From Macrostomum hystrix (taxonomy: Eukaryota; Animalia; Platyhelminthes): DNA of 64,000 bases. Location of the stretch: assembly GCA_950097015.1 (NCBI GenBank), contig CATNEN010000010.1, forward strand, positions 1,550,001 to 1,614,000, given 5' to 3'. This document shows, one piece after another, positions 36,001 through 49,516 of the stretch (position 1 is the first letter of the stretch; each line of letters begins with the position of its first letter). The notes beneath the pieces were generated by a model that made no database searches, had not been told where the DNA came from, and saw nothing but the letters and a program-made list of their open reading frames with translations. The translations under genes were made by a program, and so were the position numbers.

Positions 36001-37180
36001 CCGTCTGTCAGCACATTCAGCGGCACGCCATGATGTCTCGGGAGGAGGTGGCGCGGCTCAGCGAGGCCCGCCGGCTGGAGCTGTTGAGGCTGGAGGAGCG
36101 GCGAAGACAGGGCGAGATCATCATCCGCCTTGCCGACCTCAAGGTTGGTTGCCTATCCAGTGTCCATACAGTACCTATCTAGTACCTATCCAGTGTCTAT
36201 CCAGTGTCTATCCAGTGCCTATCCAGTGTCTATCCAGTGTCTATCCAGTGCCGATCCAGTGCCTATCCAGTGTCTATCCAGTGTATATATATTGTCTATT
36301 CTATAGTAATATTTCAATCAAATGCACATGCCTTAGAATCTACATAATAAGCAATGAGAAAAATGTAGAAAAGTGCACTGAGGTGTATTCTTATCTTCAG
36401 ACCTTCTGGCTGAGTTTCTCATTAGTAGCTGCATATTCCACAATCTGGGGTTTAGCTATGGCTTGGTACACACAGGCTGCGCCATCGACTTTCGAAGGCA
36501 CAGTTCCATGTGCCAACGGACAGCTGCGGTCGTTCAAGACCATTCAGTCGAATGCTTCTGTTCTTGCAGAGGCCTTGTTGCAGAAAGGCCGGGGCTCGAG
36601 CCCTGCAAGCTTCCGGGCCAGAGAATTGTGACGCAGGTGAAGTTTCACTTCTAAAACTACAAGCAGCCTGTGGATTCATTGGCGCCGCATTCAGCCGCGG
36701 CTGGAGAGTCGGCCAGGTGACACAGAAGCTTCATTGGCTTCGCGTCGTTTTCAGATTTAGTTAAAAATCGGTGGAATTAAATTAACAAATAAGCTCTTGC
36801 ACGGCTTCGCGATGCACGCCAAGCTTCTGCAACTCGAGCTTGGTTGGTCAAACTGTGGTACACACGACCTTTCTAGTTAAACAATTACATTCATACGCTT
36901 CGGGCCAATAATACTACACGCAAAACGCTTTTTAGCTTCGAGTTCCCTAAATTTCCTTGCACTTTTGTTCTTACGTTTTTTACTTTGCTTGTTCTCAGCG
37001 TTGTGCCCCATCTGTGAATAATTTAGTCTCTGAATGAGTCGAGTGCAGCAGGCAAGTGTACCACCGATTCCCCCGCAGGACTGGTGTAAGGACCACCTGC
37101 TGCTTGTGTTCGTTAGCATCATCAATGTGGGCCTAGTGCTGCTATTCTTGGTAATGGTCGCTGCGCCTGCCTCCACGTGA
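30010..37180 (+). CDS. JPH: Junctophilin, about 952 aa; exons 30010-30394, 30840-31659, 31755-31873, 32351-32535, 32824-33392, ~33440-33808, 35834-36143, 37079-37180
   Basis: N-terminus [16 protein letters not shown]...GKAHG...YEGEW...GFKGRYGVR matches the junctophilin MORN 1-6 block. MORN 7-8 ([28 protein letters not shown]), an alpha-helical region, and a C-terminal TM ([21 protein letters not shown]) follow. The exon 5/6 junction needs a weak acceptor. Confidence 0.92.
32923..33150 (+). repeat. Coding CAG/CAA tract: 67 Gln in 76 codons, preceded by 14 Gly
   Basis: Counted codon by codon in the frame set by exon 4 (phase 0) and continued into the ORF at 33157. Confidence 0.9.
34712..35810. 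repeat. 24-bp minisatellite made of two related 12-mers (TAGCCTAAACCA + TAGCCTCAACTG), junctophilin intron 6
   Basis: Unit read directly. The RLWFRLQL ORFs are its translations. Confidence 0.96.
36153..36283. repeat. About 11-12-bp degenerate repeat (CCTATCCAGTGT), beginning about 10 nt after the junctophilin exon-7 donor
   Basis: Unit read directly. Confidence 0.85.
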
Positions 37181-39103
37181 CCTGCGAATTTCGTCCGAAA
37201 CAGCCCGGAACAGCCCGGAAACAGCCCGGAAACAGCCCGGAAACAGCCCGGAACAGCACCGCCGCTTCTCCCTACCCGACTTTTAGTGCGCAGATTTTAT
37301 TCTTTCCCACCGGCCTTGCTTGCTGTACTCGTCTGACTATTTCTTAACTCTCCTGAACTCATTCTCGCGCTTGCATTATTTTTCTCTGGACATTAAAATT
37401 GAAACCGTTTTAACAAAATTTTAGCGGTGTTTTAATGTGGAAACCAATCAGGCCAAAGAGAGCAAAGGGAAATTAGAAACCCAATTTTAAAGTGAATTCA
37501 AACCGTATAACCTATCCCAACTCCAGCTTAATCAGGATTTTCAATCATCTCTTACAATGATATGCTTTCTCTGGCTCTGCGTTGGCGACTGTACGCAGAA
37601 CTTATATTATAGTGTAGCTCTTGTACTCACCCATGCTCACTAACTATTTCTACTACTCTCTTCTAGGCTTTGCGTCTGCTATCTTGCTCGCACAACAAGC
37701 ATTCGTTTAATAAATGAGAATTTTTCTTCAATTTTATGTCATAAAATATCCCGAAACGCAGCTGCGGCAATATAGGAAAGTCGAAAGCAAGTCGGCACTT
37801 TCTCCCTATCAACGCAAGCACAATACACCAGCAGTATTGTGCGCTTTTTTATTGTCTTTTTATTACCGCCTGTTTCTTTTCGACCTCTTTGCCGCAATCG
37901 CTGACCAAGCAAGCGCGACCACCCGACTCCGCTTAGCCAGCTGCGCCACCTGAAACTAATAAATCTGTCTGAACCCAATCAATACTACTTGCACTACTTG
38001 CCCATCCAGAAATCTGTGTGAAAATAAATCAAAAGCTTGCCTGTTAAAAGTGTCCGAGACGCGAACCATCAAGTATCAACACAACAGTGTCTAGAATGAG
38101 CATCGGCTGATTGACAAACTTTAGGGGCCGACTCAAACACCAATAATATAGACAGACGGGATATATATTTAGATAGATAGATACACTATAGAGATTATAG
38201 TTGCTTTTACTTGCATTGTAAGCAACAGTGAACTAACCTAAACTTAGTGGCATGCTAGTCAAAGCAGTCAGACACATTGTATCGCCGACTAGAGGCTCTC
38301 ATATAAAATTAGTGTACAGTACAATACAGAAACATTGTACAGAAATATCCAGGGTATTAGTTTCTAGCGACAGTAATTTTTGGTCTTTATTATATGTTTT
38401 ATATTTAACAGTACATTTTATCATATTATTTAATTCCTTGGCTCGCGATTTTCGCATTTACAGTGGCAGCTAAATTGTAGGCAAAACTTTTAAGGACAGA
38501 AAGGATTCGCAAACATGCCGTTTAACAAATTGTATGCCAGTTTGACTCTGCGTGCAGGATTCGCAATCTTGCTAACTAAGTCGCTAAGAAATGATTTCGT
38601 CCATGGTGAAAAATCATTTAGCTCTGCTGGGGCACGACCACAGATTACTATAGATACCCTAGATAGTGATATTTTATTTTTGTTATTTTATCGATATTTT
38701 AAAGATGATTGGAAGTGACCTATCTAGGGTGTATAGTATCTGCGTGCAGGACTGACGCTTTTTAGTACTTTTTATCGCATCGTATTATATATAGTCCGTA
38801 CTTTGGTAATTATTCCCAAGGATACAAAGTAAGCAGAATTGAATTAACGTAACGCAAACTCGTGGTCAAAGCCAATACGTACGCGAGTAGTACGCGATCC
38901 TGAATTTTGCAGCTCAAAGTGGGGTAGATCGAAAATTCATAGGCATGCACCATAATTTGTTTTTGAGAGGCACAGCATGTTCTCAGCCCGCACGGTCCCA
39001 CAATGAACAGTTGAACAGGCGGAATGTCAGCTGGTGTTGCAGGCAGGTAAATGGAAGCGGCACTATCTTCAGATTTCGCTTGTTGAATCAACATTGAATG
39101 GGA

Positions 39104-42100
39104 TCAGACTACGGACTTCTTCCCAAACGGGTAGATCTGATCCTCATGCGGTCCGAGGGCCGAGACACGGCGCTGCAGAGTTGTGCTGGCAGTGGAGGCC
39201 GTCCTGACGCGATTCAGCGCCGGCTGACCCACAATGGCAGCCGCGTCATCCGCCGCAGCCCGTATCAGAGAAGCCAGATAGTTCTTGTACATCTCGTCGA
39301 CTACGTCCGCTACGCAGACGTCGCCGACATTCTCTGCGATCATACGAAGGATGAAGATGCCATCATGGGCTAGGAACTCGTTGACGAATCGTTTGCGAGT
39401 GCTCTTGTCCTCCTGGCGGGGGTCATCGCTGATTAGCGAGTTCAGGATTCTCAGGTACTTTTTCACGAAGCTCTGCCGGTTTTTGTAGACCAAGAGCCGT
39501 CCAATCCACAGTGCTGTAGAGAGGCCAGTGAGTGCGAGGCACAGTATGGTCCAGAACCATAGGAAGATGTAGATCTTCTCATTCAGCAGGTTCACGGGTA
39601 GGACGCACTGTACAGAGCGGATGTTCCACTGACCAACGTGCTTGGACGGTACATCGCAGAAGGTGACGCGCGGAAAGACGCGCGTCTGCTGCCACTCGCG
39701 GCCCTGCAGCAGGTCGTGCAGACAATGCCAGCCGAAAGCCAGCGAGTCGAAGCCCAGGAAGCACTTCATGAGGTACAGGTGGGTGAAGGCCATGAGCGCG
39801 TACACAGCCTTGTTGGTGATGTAGAGCGCGAACAGCATTGTGCCACTGCGCTTGCCGAACCAGAAGCAAGGCAGCACTGTGTAGCAGAGTCGCTGCAGGC
39901 TCGAGTAGCAGCTGGGGGTTCGGCGCCACTGCCTGCGGCTGTTCATCGCCTTCTCTATGTGCCTGGCCAGGTAGCCAATAAGCTTCCTCTTCTTGTCCTG
40001 ATCGATGGTAGCCGCTTCAGCCGCGAACTTCACCATGGCGTTGGGATTGTAGCCGCTCTGCACAGTGACCAGCTTCCAGACCAGGTGGGGCGAATAGACG
40101 AGCAGAGACTCCAGAGCCAGGACAAATGGGACCCATTGGTAATAGTCTGCGGGTAGTCATTTTAGAGGATATTGAAGAGCTTAGACAATAAGGCCGTCTA
40201 TTTGCCGTCGCTTTTTTCAAATCATTTTATTATGCTTTTCAGTAACAAAACATTCAGCCAAATCACTTCGATGCACTCTTCTAGTGCACGGCTGCATACT
40301 GAAGCACCGTCCTTATACACCCAGTGATATTTGGAATGAGCCGGCACTTGTGCTGGAGTGCGGCAGCGAACAATGTAATACGATGCCAACAGTGTGTAGA
40401 CAAGAGCCAGACAACTGCAGTCATTCACCTCGATTTATTCATCCGCACCCTTGAATGCCTCTTTCTTTCAGAGGCCTTCCTGGCTGCCTCAGAATTTCTA
40501 GCCGCCTTCAGAGGCTGCCAGCTGAATTATCTGGAAGTAGGGCCTCATGAAGGTGGGGCTAAATGTCACAGCTGGCTCGCCAATGCTTGCCAGCCATTTA
40601 CTAGTTCCAGACCTGTACACAGAACTGAATATGACAGAGAGATGGGGAGAATATCGAGAGGAGGGGAGAAGAGGGGGGAGAAGACACAGAGGAGGGGAGA
40701 AGACAGAGAGGAGGGGAGAGGACAGAGATGAGAGGAGGGAGAGAGAGAGGTGAGAACGCCTCAATCCCACAGGCACAGACACAGAGACGCAAGCCATTCC
40801 GGGGAGAATATTCAGAGGAGGGGAGAAAAGGAGGGGAGAAGACACAGAGGGGGGAGAAGATACAGAGGAGGGGAGAAGACACAGAGGAGAGAAAAGACAG
40901 ACAAGATGGGCAAAGCAGATTTTGCGATTAAAGTAAAAATTGAAGGCACATCTGAAGTGAGATGCACGGAGCAGATTGTAGGTGGAAGCTAGTGAGGGAG
41001 ATGAAGCCAAGATCCGCATGTGCATGCCCAGCAGCAATGTTTGCAACAAGAAATAAAGTGCTTGAAGAAAAGTGCAGCCGGCCAGAGGACAGGCGACCCT
41101 CGATACACAGGAGGGCCGGCTAGAACCGAGCCATGCTTCATGGCACAGCCCACACCAATGCATTCATTGGTGACTTTCGCATCAATGCGAATCCCCTCTG
41201 TCCCGATTCAATATTTGTTTAGCACGCCGCAGAATCACAATGGGAAAGAACTGTCGACAAGAATCGATCTGGTAGAAGGCGTCAGCTGCCTTCGCGTCGC
41301 CCTCGCCCACGTGCATCGCTCTGAACTAGTGGGAAACGGGACTATTGCTAGCCCAGGAACAGCAGCTGAACCTGCACCCGCTCCATGGGACCTTTCCATA
41401 ACACATGCGACCTTCTGCTGTGTTTCTTCTATCCGCCATTTTCTCTCTGCGTCTGTGCTTCCCTCTCAGTATCTGTGTTTCTCTCTGCGTCTGTGCTTCC
41501 CTCTCAGTATCTGTGTTTCTCTCTGCGTCTGTGCTTCCCTCTCAGTATCTGTGTTTCTCTCTGCTTCTGTGCTTCCCTCTCAGTATCTGTGTTTCTCTCT
41601 GCGTCTGTGCTTCCCTCTCAGTATCTGTGTTTCTCTCTGCGTCTGTGCTTCCCTCTCAGTATCTGTGTTTCTCTCTGCGTCTGTGCTTCCCTCTCAGTAT
41701 CTGTGTTTCTCTCTGCTTCTGTGCTTCCCTCTCAGTATCTGTGTTTCTCTCTGCGTCTGTGCTTCCCTCTCAGTATCTGTGTTTCTCTCTGCGTCTGTGC
41801 TTCCCTCTCAGTATCTGTGTTTCTCTCTGCGTCTGTGCTTCCCTCTCAGTATCTGTGTTTCTCTCTGCATCTGTGCTTCCCTCTCAGTATCTGTGTTTCT
41901 CTCTGCATCTGTGCTTCCCTCTCAGTATCTGTGTTTCTCTCTGCATCTGTGCTTCCCTCTCAGTATCTGTGTTTCTCTCTGCGTCTGTGCTTCCCTCTCA
42001 GTATCTGTGTTTCTCTCTGCGTCTGTGCTTCCCTCTCAGTATCTGTGTTTCTCTCTGCGTCTGTGCTTCCCTCTCAGTATCTGTGTTTCTCTCTGCTTCT

Positions 42101-43651
42101 GTGTTTCTGTCATCGCATCTGTGTTTCTCTCTGCTTCTGTGTTTCTGTCATCGCATCTGTGTTTCTCTCTGCTTCTGTGTTTCTGTCACCGCATCTGTGT
42201 TTCTCTCTGCTTCTGTGTTTCTCTCTGCTTCTGTGTTTCTGTCACTGCATCTGTGTTTCTGTCACCGCATCTGTGTTTCTCTCTCTGCATCTGTGTTTCT
42301 CTCTGCTTCTGTGTTTCTGTCACCGCATCTGTGTTTCTCTCTCTGTATCTGTGTTTCTCTCTGCTTCTGTGCTGCTTCTCAATCATTCTCTTTGCCCTTA
42401 ACTGTTAATCAATCTCCCATAAACCGACTGTCGCCCAATAGCACCCCTGCCTCTGTCCCGACTATCTCTATAGTATCTCTGAAGTCGCAGCCCTACCGGC
42501 CAACACACGTGCTGCAGCAGCCGCACTGCAGCTGCAAGCCAAGCCTCGCATTACAATTCACCGGCCTACACTGGCGGAGCGGAAATAGCTCCTGCGCACC
42601 AAATGCTGGAAAAACAACAAGAAGGCAGTCGAAACCCGGGCTCGCTACGGGCATCTGCGGTCTCCCTGTCGGCAGTCACTCTTCAGGCTATAAGAGGAAA
42701 AATGCTACTTTAGAATGTGCTGCAACATTTTTTGAAATGTCGTGCTTAAAGATTTGATATTTGGACTGTTCCAACTCTACATTTTGTTCATCTGAGATTT
42801 TGTTAATTTCCATTTCTACTAAATAAGTCTTCAGTTTTTGGGGTTTGGTCATTTGGGACTTCGACGATGTATAACTTAGGAATGTGATTTTGGATATCGA
42901 TCAATAGACGTTTCGAGGATTTGGGATTTTGTTGATATGGGAAAGAGCTAATTGCAGGAGGGCTGCGGCACATTATTTGGTGGCAATTCTGCCCATTTCA
43001 CTGAATTCTGAGCACACGATCACTTATACTGTATGCAGGCACACACTCACGCAGGTGTGCACATCTGCCCTGACTTTCGCATCGTCAGGCAGAGTACACT
43101 TCACTGTGCCTTGGAGGTCGGCCGTAAATTGCAAGACAAGCCCCAAGCCGTCTCTTCGCGGCTTCGCGGCCACAAATTAATGTGGCGTCGCCGCGGAATC
43201 GAGCTCAGGGACCTTGTGCAAGTGGCAAACGTGTTGACCGCTCTGCCACTCACCCCCCGGTAACATGGAAAATTATTTAGTAAGGATTTCCTTGATTTGG
43301 AACTCATTTCATTCCGGGTAAATCTGACCCAGTCAGCCGCATTTCGGACTCACTCAGCTCAGCCTTCTTTCTGCCCTCCTTGCTGGGGTGGTCCGGGTCG
43401 CTGAAGGACACGTGGTAGGTGTTCTGGATCCAGCAGAAGTTCTCTGTGTACTCCTCCCAGGGCCGCGGCCATTCGGGCGGAACCCAGCACTGGATGGGCG
43501 TGAAGATGTACTGCCGCATGGCGATCAGCGCAGTGGAGATGATGAGGAAGGCGCCGGTCCACTGATAGTTGACTTTGTCAGCGAAGTCCTCGGCGTTAAC
43601 CAGCGAGCCGAAGCGAAACTTTGTGAACTTAAAGAAGAAGTCTGCGTTCAT
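39104..43651 (-). CDS. inx: Innexin (gap-junction/pannexin family), 446 aa; exons 43651-43354 and 40146-39104
   Basis: EDFADKVNY, QYIFTPIQCW, EYTENFCW, YYQWVP, FPRVTFCD, QCVLPVNLLNEKIYIFLWFW. A phase-1 GT-AG intron joins the exons (1341 nt). Confidence 0.95.
40640..40900. repeat. Purine-rich low-complexity repeat (GAGGAGGGGAGAAGACACA-like), innexin intron
   Basis: Read directly. Confidence 0.75.
41432..42370. repeat. 38-bp pyrimidine-rich minisatellite (CTCTCTGCGTCTGTGCTTCCCTCTCAGTATCTGTGTTT) grading into shorter related units, innexin intron
   Basis: Unit read directly. The three Cys/Ser/Leu/Val-rich ORFs at 41020-42757 are translations of it. Confidence 0.95.
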
Positions 43652-44018
43652 GGCTCAGTCGCGATGCGGGGTTCTTTGGATCTGGCGGCTTGGCTGACCC
43701 AGTACAGTATACGGGGCGAACCGATTCGCTGCACGATGAAAAAAGATTAATTCTGTCTGGCCGACTAGTACCTGCCCTGCAACGGTGGGTTGGGAAGGCT
43801 ACATGGCCATAAAAAGTATTAACTGGGGCGCGCTGAGGTCGTTTGCGAGTCTAAACCGCCCTTAGGAAGCTGAAACGAAGTTTAAAAGCGACAATGACGA
43901 TTTGGAGGGAATGACCCTAGCGAAAATCACGTCTGATTCTAATTCTGTTAGATGCGTAGAAAGGGGCTTCGTCCCCTTCTTCCCAGATCCACAGACTCCA
44001 CATCATCCCAGATACTTA

Positions 44019-44744
44019 GACACTGTCACTTCCCAGATCCTCACACACCGTGACTTCCCAGATCCTCACACACCGTGACTTCCCAGATCCTCAGACACCG
44101 TGACTTCCCAGATCCTCACACACCGTGACTTCCCAGATCCTCAGACACCGTGACTTCCCAGATCCTCAGACACCGTGACTTCCCAGATCCTCAGACACCG
44201 TGACTTCTCAGATCCTCACACACCGTGACTTCCCAGATCCTCACACACCGTGACTTCCCAGATCCTCAGACACCGTGACTTCCCAGATCCTCAGACACCG
44301 TGACTTCCCAGATCCTCAGACACCGTGACTTCCCAGATCCTCAGACACCGTGACTTCCCAGATCCTCAGACACCGTGACTTCCCAGATCCTCACACACCG
44401 TGACTTCCCAGATCCTCAGACACCGTGACTTCCCAGATCCTCAGACACCGTGACTTCTCAGATCCTCAGACACCGTGACTTCCCAGATCCTCACACACCG
44501 TGACTTCCCAGATCCTCAGACACCGTGACTTCTCAGATCCTCAGACACCGTGACTTCCCAGATCCTCACACACCGTGACTTCCCAGATCCTCACACACCG
44601 TGACTTCCCAGATCCTCACACACCGTGACTTCCCAGATCCTCACACACCGTGACTTCCCAGATCCTCACACACCGTGACTTCCCAGATCCTCAGACAACG
44701 TGACTTCCCAGATCCTCAGACACCGTGACTTCCCAGATCCTCAG
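44019..44744. repeat. 25-bp minisatellite (CAGACACCGTGACTTCCCAGATCCT), about 29 copies
   Basis: Period of 25 read directly. Confidence 0.96.
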
Positions 44745-44753
44745 ACTCGAGCG

Positions 44754-44820
44754 GGCTCTAGCCTAGTGGTTAGCGCGTCAACCTCATGACTTGAAGGGGT
44801 TCGATTCGCGACTCCACTGG
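44754..44820 (+). mobile_element. Degenerate tRNA-like element (tRNA-derived SINE head or pseudo-tRNA, CAT anticodon-like loop)
   Basis: A-box-like TAGCCTAGTGG and B-box-like GGTTCGATTC at tRNA-like spacing, and a CTCATGA loop in a partial TCAA/TTGA stem. The T-stem does not pair, so it is not a functional tRNA. Confidence 0.55.
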
Positions 44821-46789
44821 AAAGATCTGAGTCCTGTAGCAGGACTCAGGACTACGAGTAGCAGTTCGTATGGGAAAAGTTCAGAATCCTCTGAAATCCA
44901 CTCCGCAGGTGCCAGCCACTTACTAGTCTCGAGCTCAGCTAACATCGCCAGACACCTAATCAAAAGCCGAATGATCTGAACACCCACGCCATGATACGAG
45001 CCGTACTTACTTTTGCACCGTCCGGAACCTTCCAGAACACAGCAGCCGGGAGTCTCAGGATCTCTGTGCTGATGTCAGTTTGTCACAATTGCGACAATTG
45101 CTGCAACAATGAGGCGGTCCGCTGTGTCTATCTGGCCGTCCGACGCTGTCAGTGGGCGGGGGTTGGCGGCCACGAGACACCGCGCCGTGCTGTCATGGTT
45201 CAACAGCCACCCCTGCAAGTTCCCCTCTCACGGAGGTCCTTCCTCTCTCCAGTCCGTTCTGTCTTTTCTGGCAGAAAAAACAAGCGAATCAGCCTCTCAA
45301 TGTGTTCCAGCTTTGGCGACACTGAAAACTTTCCTGCGATGGGGGCAAAGAACCGACGGCTGGCGAGAGGGCGAGAGCCCGAGGATGAGGGAGAAGGAAG
45401 CGTGTGGGGAGGCGGCGGGAATCAGTTGCTGCGCAGCAAGTCTTGCGTCAGCGGACGGCCCAATGACGACTAGGAGAAAGCGAGAGAGAGGGGAGAGAGG
45501 AGAGAAGCACCAAGGATCGCGGTCTGTGCGTACGCTGGTCCGAAATGCTGGTGGGGATCAGGGCGAGGTCGAACAGCTGCGTGTGTAGCCGCAGCAGACT
45601 GGAGGTTGTGGGGCTTGTTCACCTGGGTCAGGGCGGGCCAACGAAGTCTCAGTTTAAGAATCTGGCAGTATGGGAGACTTTAATTTCCAGCGACTGCTGT
45701 TGGGGGCTGCGCGCACTGGGTCCTCAATTGATGTCAGCCAAATTAGCTGAATATACAGATAAGTTCATTCAGGCATTTGGCAAGATACAGGGTTTCAACT
45801 GCTACGACACTGACAAACTGTGATTTCTGCTTTCGCAGAGGTGCTAAGAGCCAGTTTCGCTCTGTACAATAAGGAGCGATGATGTACAGAGTTTTTAAGG
45901 CAACCTTGTTCAGCGATGACGTAACAGCCTGGGATCTTTGGGGAAAACGGTAGACAGCTAGTTTTTGTTCACCGCCTGCACTGGAAGAAAATGAAGGCGG
46001 AAATGCTGATTCAGCAATTACTTGGCAACAACTCCATTGCAAAAGGATGCCTTCCATGCTGCTTTAGATGGCACCTCTGTCTCACAGGTAAGTGTCATTC
46101 TAACATATCTCTAACAGGTGAGTGTCATTCTATCATATGTCTAACAGACAGCGCATCTGTCTAGAAGGTAAGGATTTATCAGAATTTGAGGGAGGTTCAC
46201 AAGTGTATCTAACGGATTTATGTCATTGCTTTCATTCTTTAACACTAACTCTATACTCAAAGTAGTAAAGGTCAGTCGCATTAGAGAAGTTTAGTTTAAT
46301 TTATTATTTAAAAACTAAATTCGAATAAACAGTTGCGCATCATATTCAGTCAGCGAATCAGCGGGTCAGAGGGGTGGGTTTTAACAAGTCCAGAGCGCTC
46401 CTCAGCTGTGTCATTTTATATGAGAAGCTGAACTCATGCAAACTATTGGAATGAACAACACGGCGCATCTCTGCATTGTGGCAGGACGGCCACAGCGCAG
46501 ACAAGGCGGTGCACGCGGGCCGCCCGTGCGAGCCCTCGCAAGAACTGGGGGAGGTGGGGTTGGCGGGCTCTTTGGCATTATCTGAATCTAGATAACAGAC
46601 AGGACTGTTCATGCCTGAACTGGGCATTGTACTCTGGCTGTCAGGCCGCATGTTGATCACTGCCAGCCAGTCAAGTGTTTACAGTTTTTTTAGTATAAAA
46701 TGCAGTAAGACAAGCCGAGAAGTGACGGTTCCTGGCTTATTAAAATTCTTTCCACAGCGCAGAAATAATTCAGTCCACTTGACGAAGAC

Positions 46790-49062
46790 ATGTGTAAGTG
46801 TGTTAACTGTTTAATTCGTATAAGCCTTTGCTGTTTACAATCTCTTGATGTGCACTTAAACAGTAGAATACATAACTAAATGGTAAAAAATAGTTTACAG
46901 CATTTGTCTGACCACGTCAGGCCGAATTAGTAATTAAAAAGCAATAGTAGCTACCTAAAGGCAATGGACGAGTCTCTCACCAAGGTTCCCGAGCTCGAAT
47001 CCGCGGCAAGCCCCACATTCATTTGGAGTGCAGTCGCGAAGAGAAAGCCCGTGATTGTCGCACCGGGGTCTGACGATGAAAAGTCAGGGCAGATGTACTC
47101 CTGTGTGTGCTCAGGGGTGTTGCTTTAGCATGTTGTAACTCTTAGGACATGCAGTTATTTCACTGTCGCTTGAATACTTCGTTTTTTGCCTGCATCAGTG
47201 CTGCCTGTCAATCAATAATTTGCAAGCAAAACAATATTTAGAAATTTAGAAAGCAGCAAGCACGAGCGAACTAGGCTACTAGCAGTAGCCAGCATACAGT
47301 GTATTACGTAATAAATTACAGCGCATCAAACGGCGGCCCTGAGCAGGGCTGTTTTGGAAAATCACAACATAAAACAGTAACTCTCATTATTATAAATTAC
47401 TCGGTAATAAAATTAATCTAAAATCTATCGACCCGAGAAATTTCTCCTCCCTCCCCATCTTCTCAAAGTTTTTCACCAGTTTCCTATTAAAAAACTCTTA
47501 CTTGAACCAGCCAAATCTTGAAATATGCACTCTCGAGCATGAATTGATTTCCAAACTGCCAATTTCAGCCTGCGGCGGCTCGGGTCCTGGCTACAGCAGT
47601 CCCCTGGAGGCGATGCGCTCCGGACCTCGCGAGAAACTCCTTTACGTGCCCTGCGTAGTGCCGGACGGCAACCGGCCAGACTACTTGAGTGTTGTTGACG
47701 TCGATGACAGCTCGCCGACCTTCTCCACGGTAATTGGCCGCTGCCACATGCCGCACACTGGCGACGAGCTGCATCACTCCGGTTGGAACGTCTGCTCCAG
47801 CTGCCACGGGGAATGCGGCAGCGTGCGCGACAAGCTCGTGCTGCCCTGCCTGCGCAGCGACCGGATCTACATCATCCACGTCGGCGGCGACTGTGAGAGG
47901 GCGCCGCGCGTCCACTGCGCAGTGGAGCCCGAGGATCTGCATGCCCTGGGCCTGGGGACGCCGCACACGTCGCATTGTCTGGCCAGCAGGGAGATCATGA
48001 TCAGCACAATGGGCGATCCGAAGGGAGAAGCCAAGGGGGCTTTCGTGCTGCTGGACGGCAAGACTTTCAAGGCCAAGAGCACCTGGCAGGCCGAAGCTGA
48101 GATGGCTCCGTTCGGTTACGACTTCTGGTACCAGCCGCACCACAACGTCATGGTGAGCAGCGAGTGGGGCGCCCCGCGTTGCTTCAAGCGCGGCTTCAGC
48201 CTTGAAGATCTGAACGCAGGCGGCTACGGTAGCTGCCTGCACTTCTGGGACTGGCGCGGGCGCAAGCGACTCCAGACAATCGACCTGGCTGAGCAGGGTG
48301 GCCGTATCCCGTTGGAGGTTCGCTTCCTGCACTGCCCGAAGAGCACGCACGGCTTTGTGGGCTGCGCGCTGAGTGGCACAGTACACCACTTCTACAAGCC
48401 CGAGGGCTCCGACCAGTGGCTAGCTGAGAAAGTCATCAGCGTGCCCGCCAAGAAGGTCGAAGGCTGGGCTTTGCCCGATATGCCTTCGCTGATCACTGAC
48501 ATTCTCATCTCCCTTGACGACCGCTACTTGTATCTGAGCAACTGGATCCACGGCGATGTGCGCCAGTACAACATCACGGATCCGCACAAGCCGCGCCTGG
48601 TCGGCCAGTGCTGGTTCGGCGGCAGCATCGTGGCCGGCGAGGGCGTCCGGGTCACTGAGGACACGGAGCTGGCTGAGCAGCCGAAGCGCCTGTTTGTAAA
48701 AGGCCGTCGCGTAGCCGGCGGTCCGCAGATGCTGCAGCTGAGCCTGGATGGCCGCAGGCTATACGTGACCACTTCCTTGTTCTCCGCTTGGGACAAGCAG
48801 TTCTACCCGGACTTATTGCAGTGAGTTTAATCAGATGTTTTGGCATGCGGTAGGCTTTCTTCACGCCTGTAATTAATCCCGATTTTACCGCAGCACCGGG
48901 TCCACAATGGTCCGCCTGAACGTCGACACGGAGAAAGGTGGCCTGAGCGTTGACGAGACCTTCCTGGTTGACTATGGAGCCGAGCCAGAGGGCCCCGTTC
49001 TGGCGCACGAGATGCGTTACCCGGGAGGCGACTGCACCAGCGACATCTGGCTGGCGGCTTAG
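46790..49062 (+). CDS. SELENBP1: Selenium-binding protein 1 / methanethiol oxidase, 474 aa; exons 46790-46793 (ATGT, inferred), 47569-48820, 48894-49062
   Basis: [90 protein letters not shown] closely match human SELENBP1. The 4-nt first exon (ATG T|GTAAGT) fits phase 1 but is inferred. Confidence 0.95.
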
Positions 49063-49516
49063 AGAGCTCACTCGCCTGGACTCCGCCCATTGTGCACCAT
49101 TTGTGCTCGGCCTTAGGCCTCAGCTTTTCACCGATGCTAAACTTTTGTCACTTCCCTATCATTCTCAAAAACTAACTTTGCCAACGCCTCCGTTAGCTAT
49201 GTTTTTCTTGTTGATGCCCAACGCCACGAAAAAGACAACTGAAGCCGGTGGACTCATTTTTTGTCTAAGAAAAAAGTACATCCAAGCGATAACTTACAGT
49301 TCATCAGTAATGCTTTCATATAGCCATTATGAATCACAAATTCGATTAGATCTATTTCTTAAATAAAAAGCCACTATTACGTAAAACCATTTTTAGATTT
49401 TGCACCTTTGCAGAGGTACAAAGTTAGCTGTTTCATAGCTGCTAATAAATAAACGGGCGAGCCAATCCCATACTTTAATTCGAAATTTCGTATATAGTTT
49501 TTGCTGCAACATAAAA

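Noticed and set aside
41020-42757. Cys-rich 338-462-aa ORFs in three frames
   Set aside because: Translations of a stop-free 38-bp pyrimidine repeat inside the innexin intron.
44754-44820. Functional tRNA-Met gene
   Set aside because: The T-stem does not pair, the variable region is missing, and there are mismatches in the acceptor and anticodon stems.
44990-46660. Several short GC-rich ORFs on both strands
   Set aside because: No recognisable motif and no phase-consistent exon chain could be built.
46960-47010. Third tRNA-like remnant (GAGCTCGAATCC, B-box-like)
   Set aside because: No convincing A box or stems; too degenerate.
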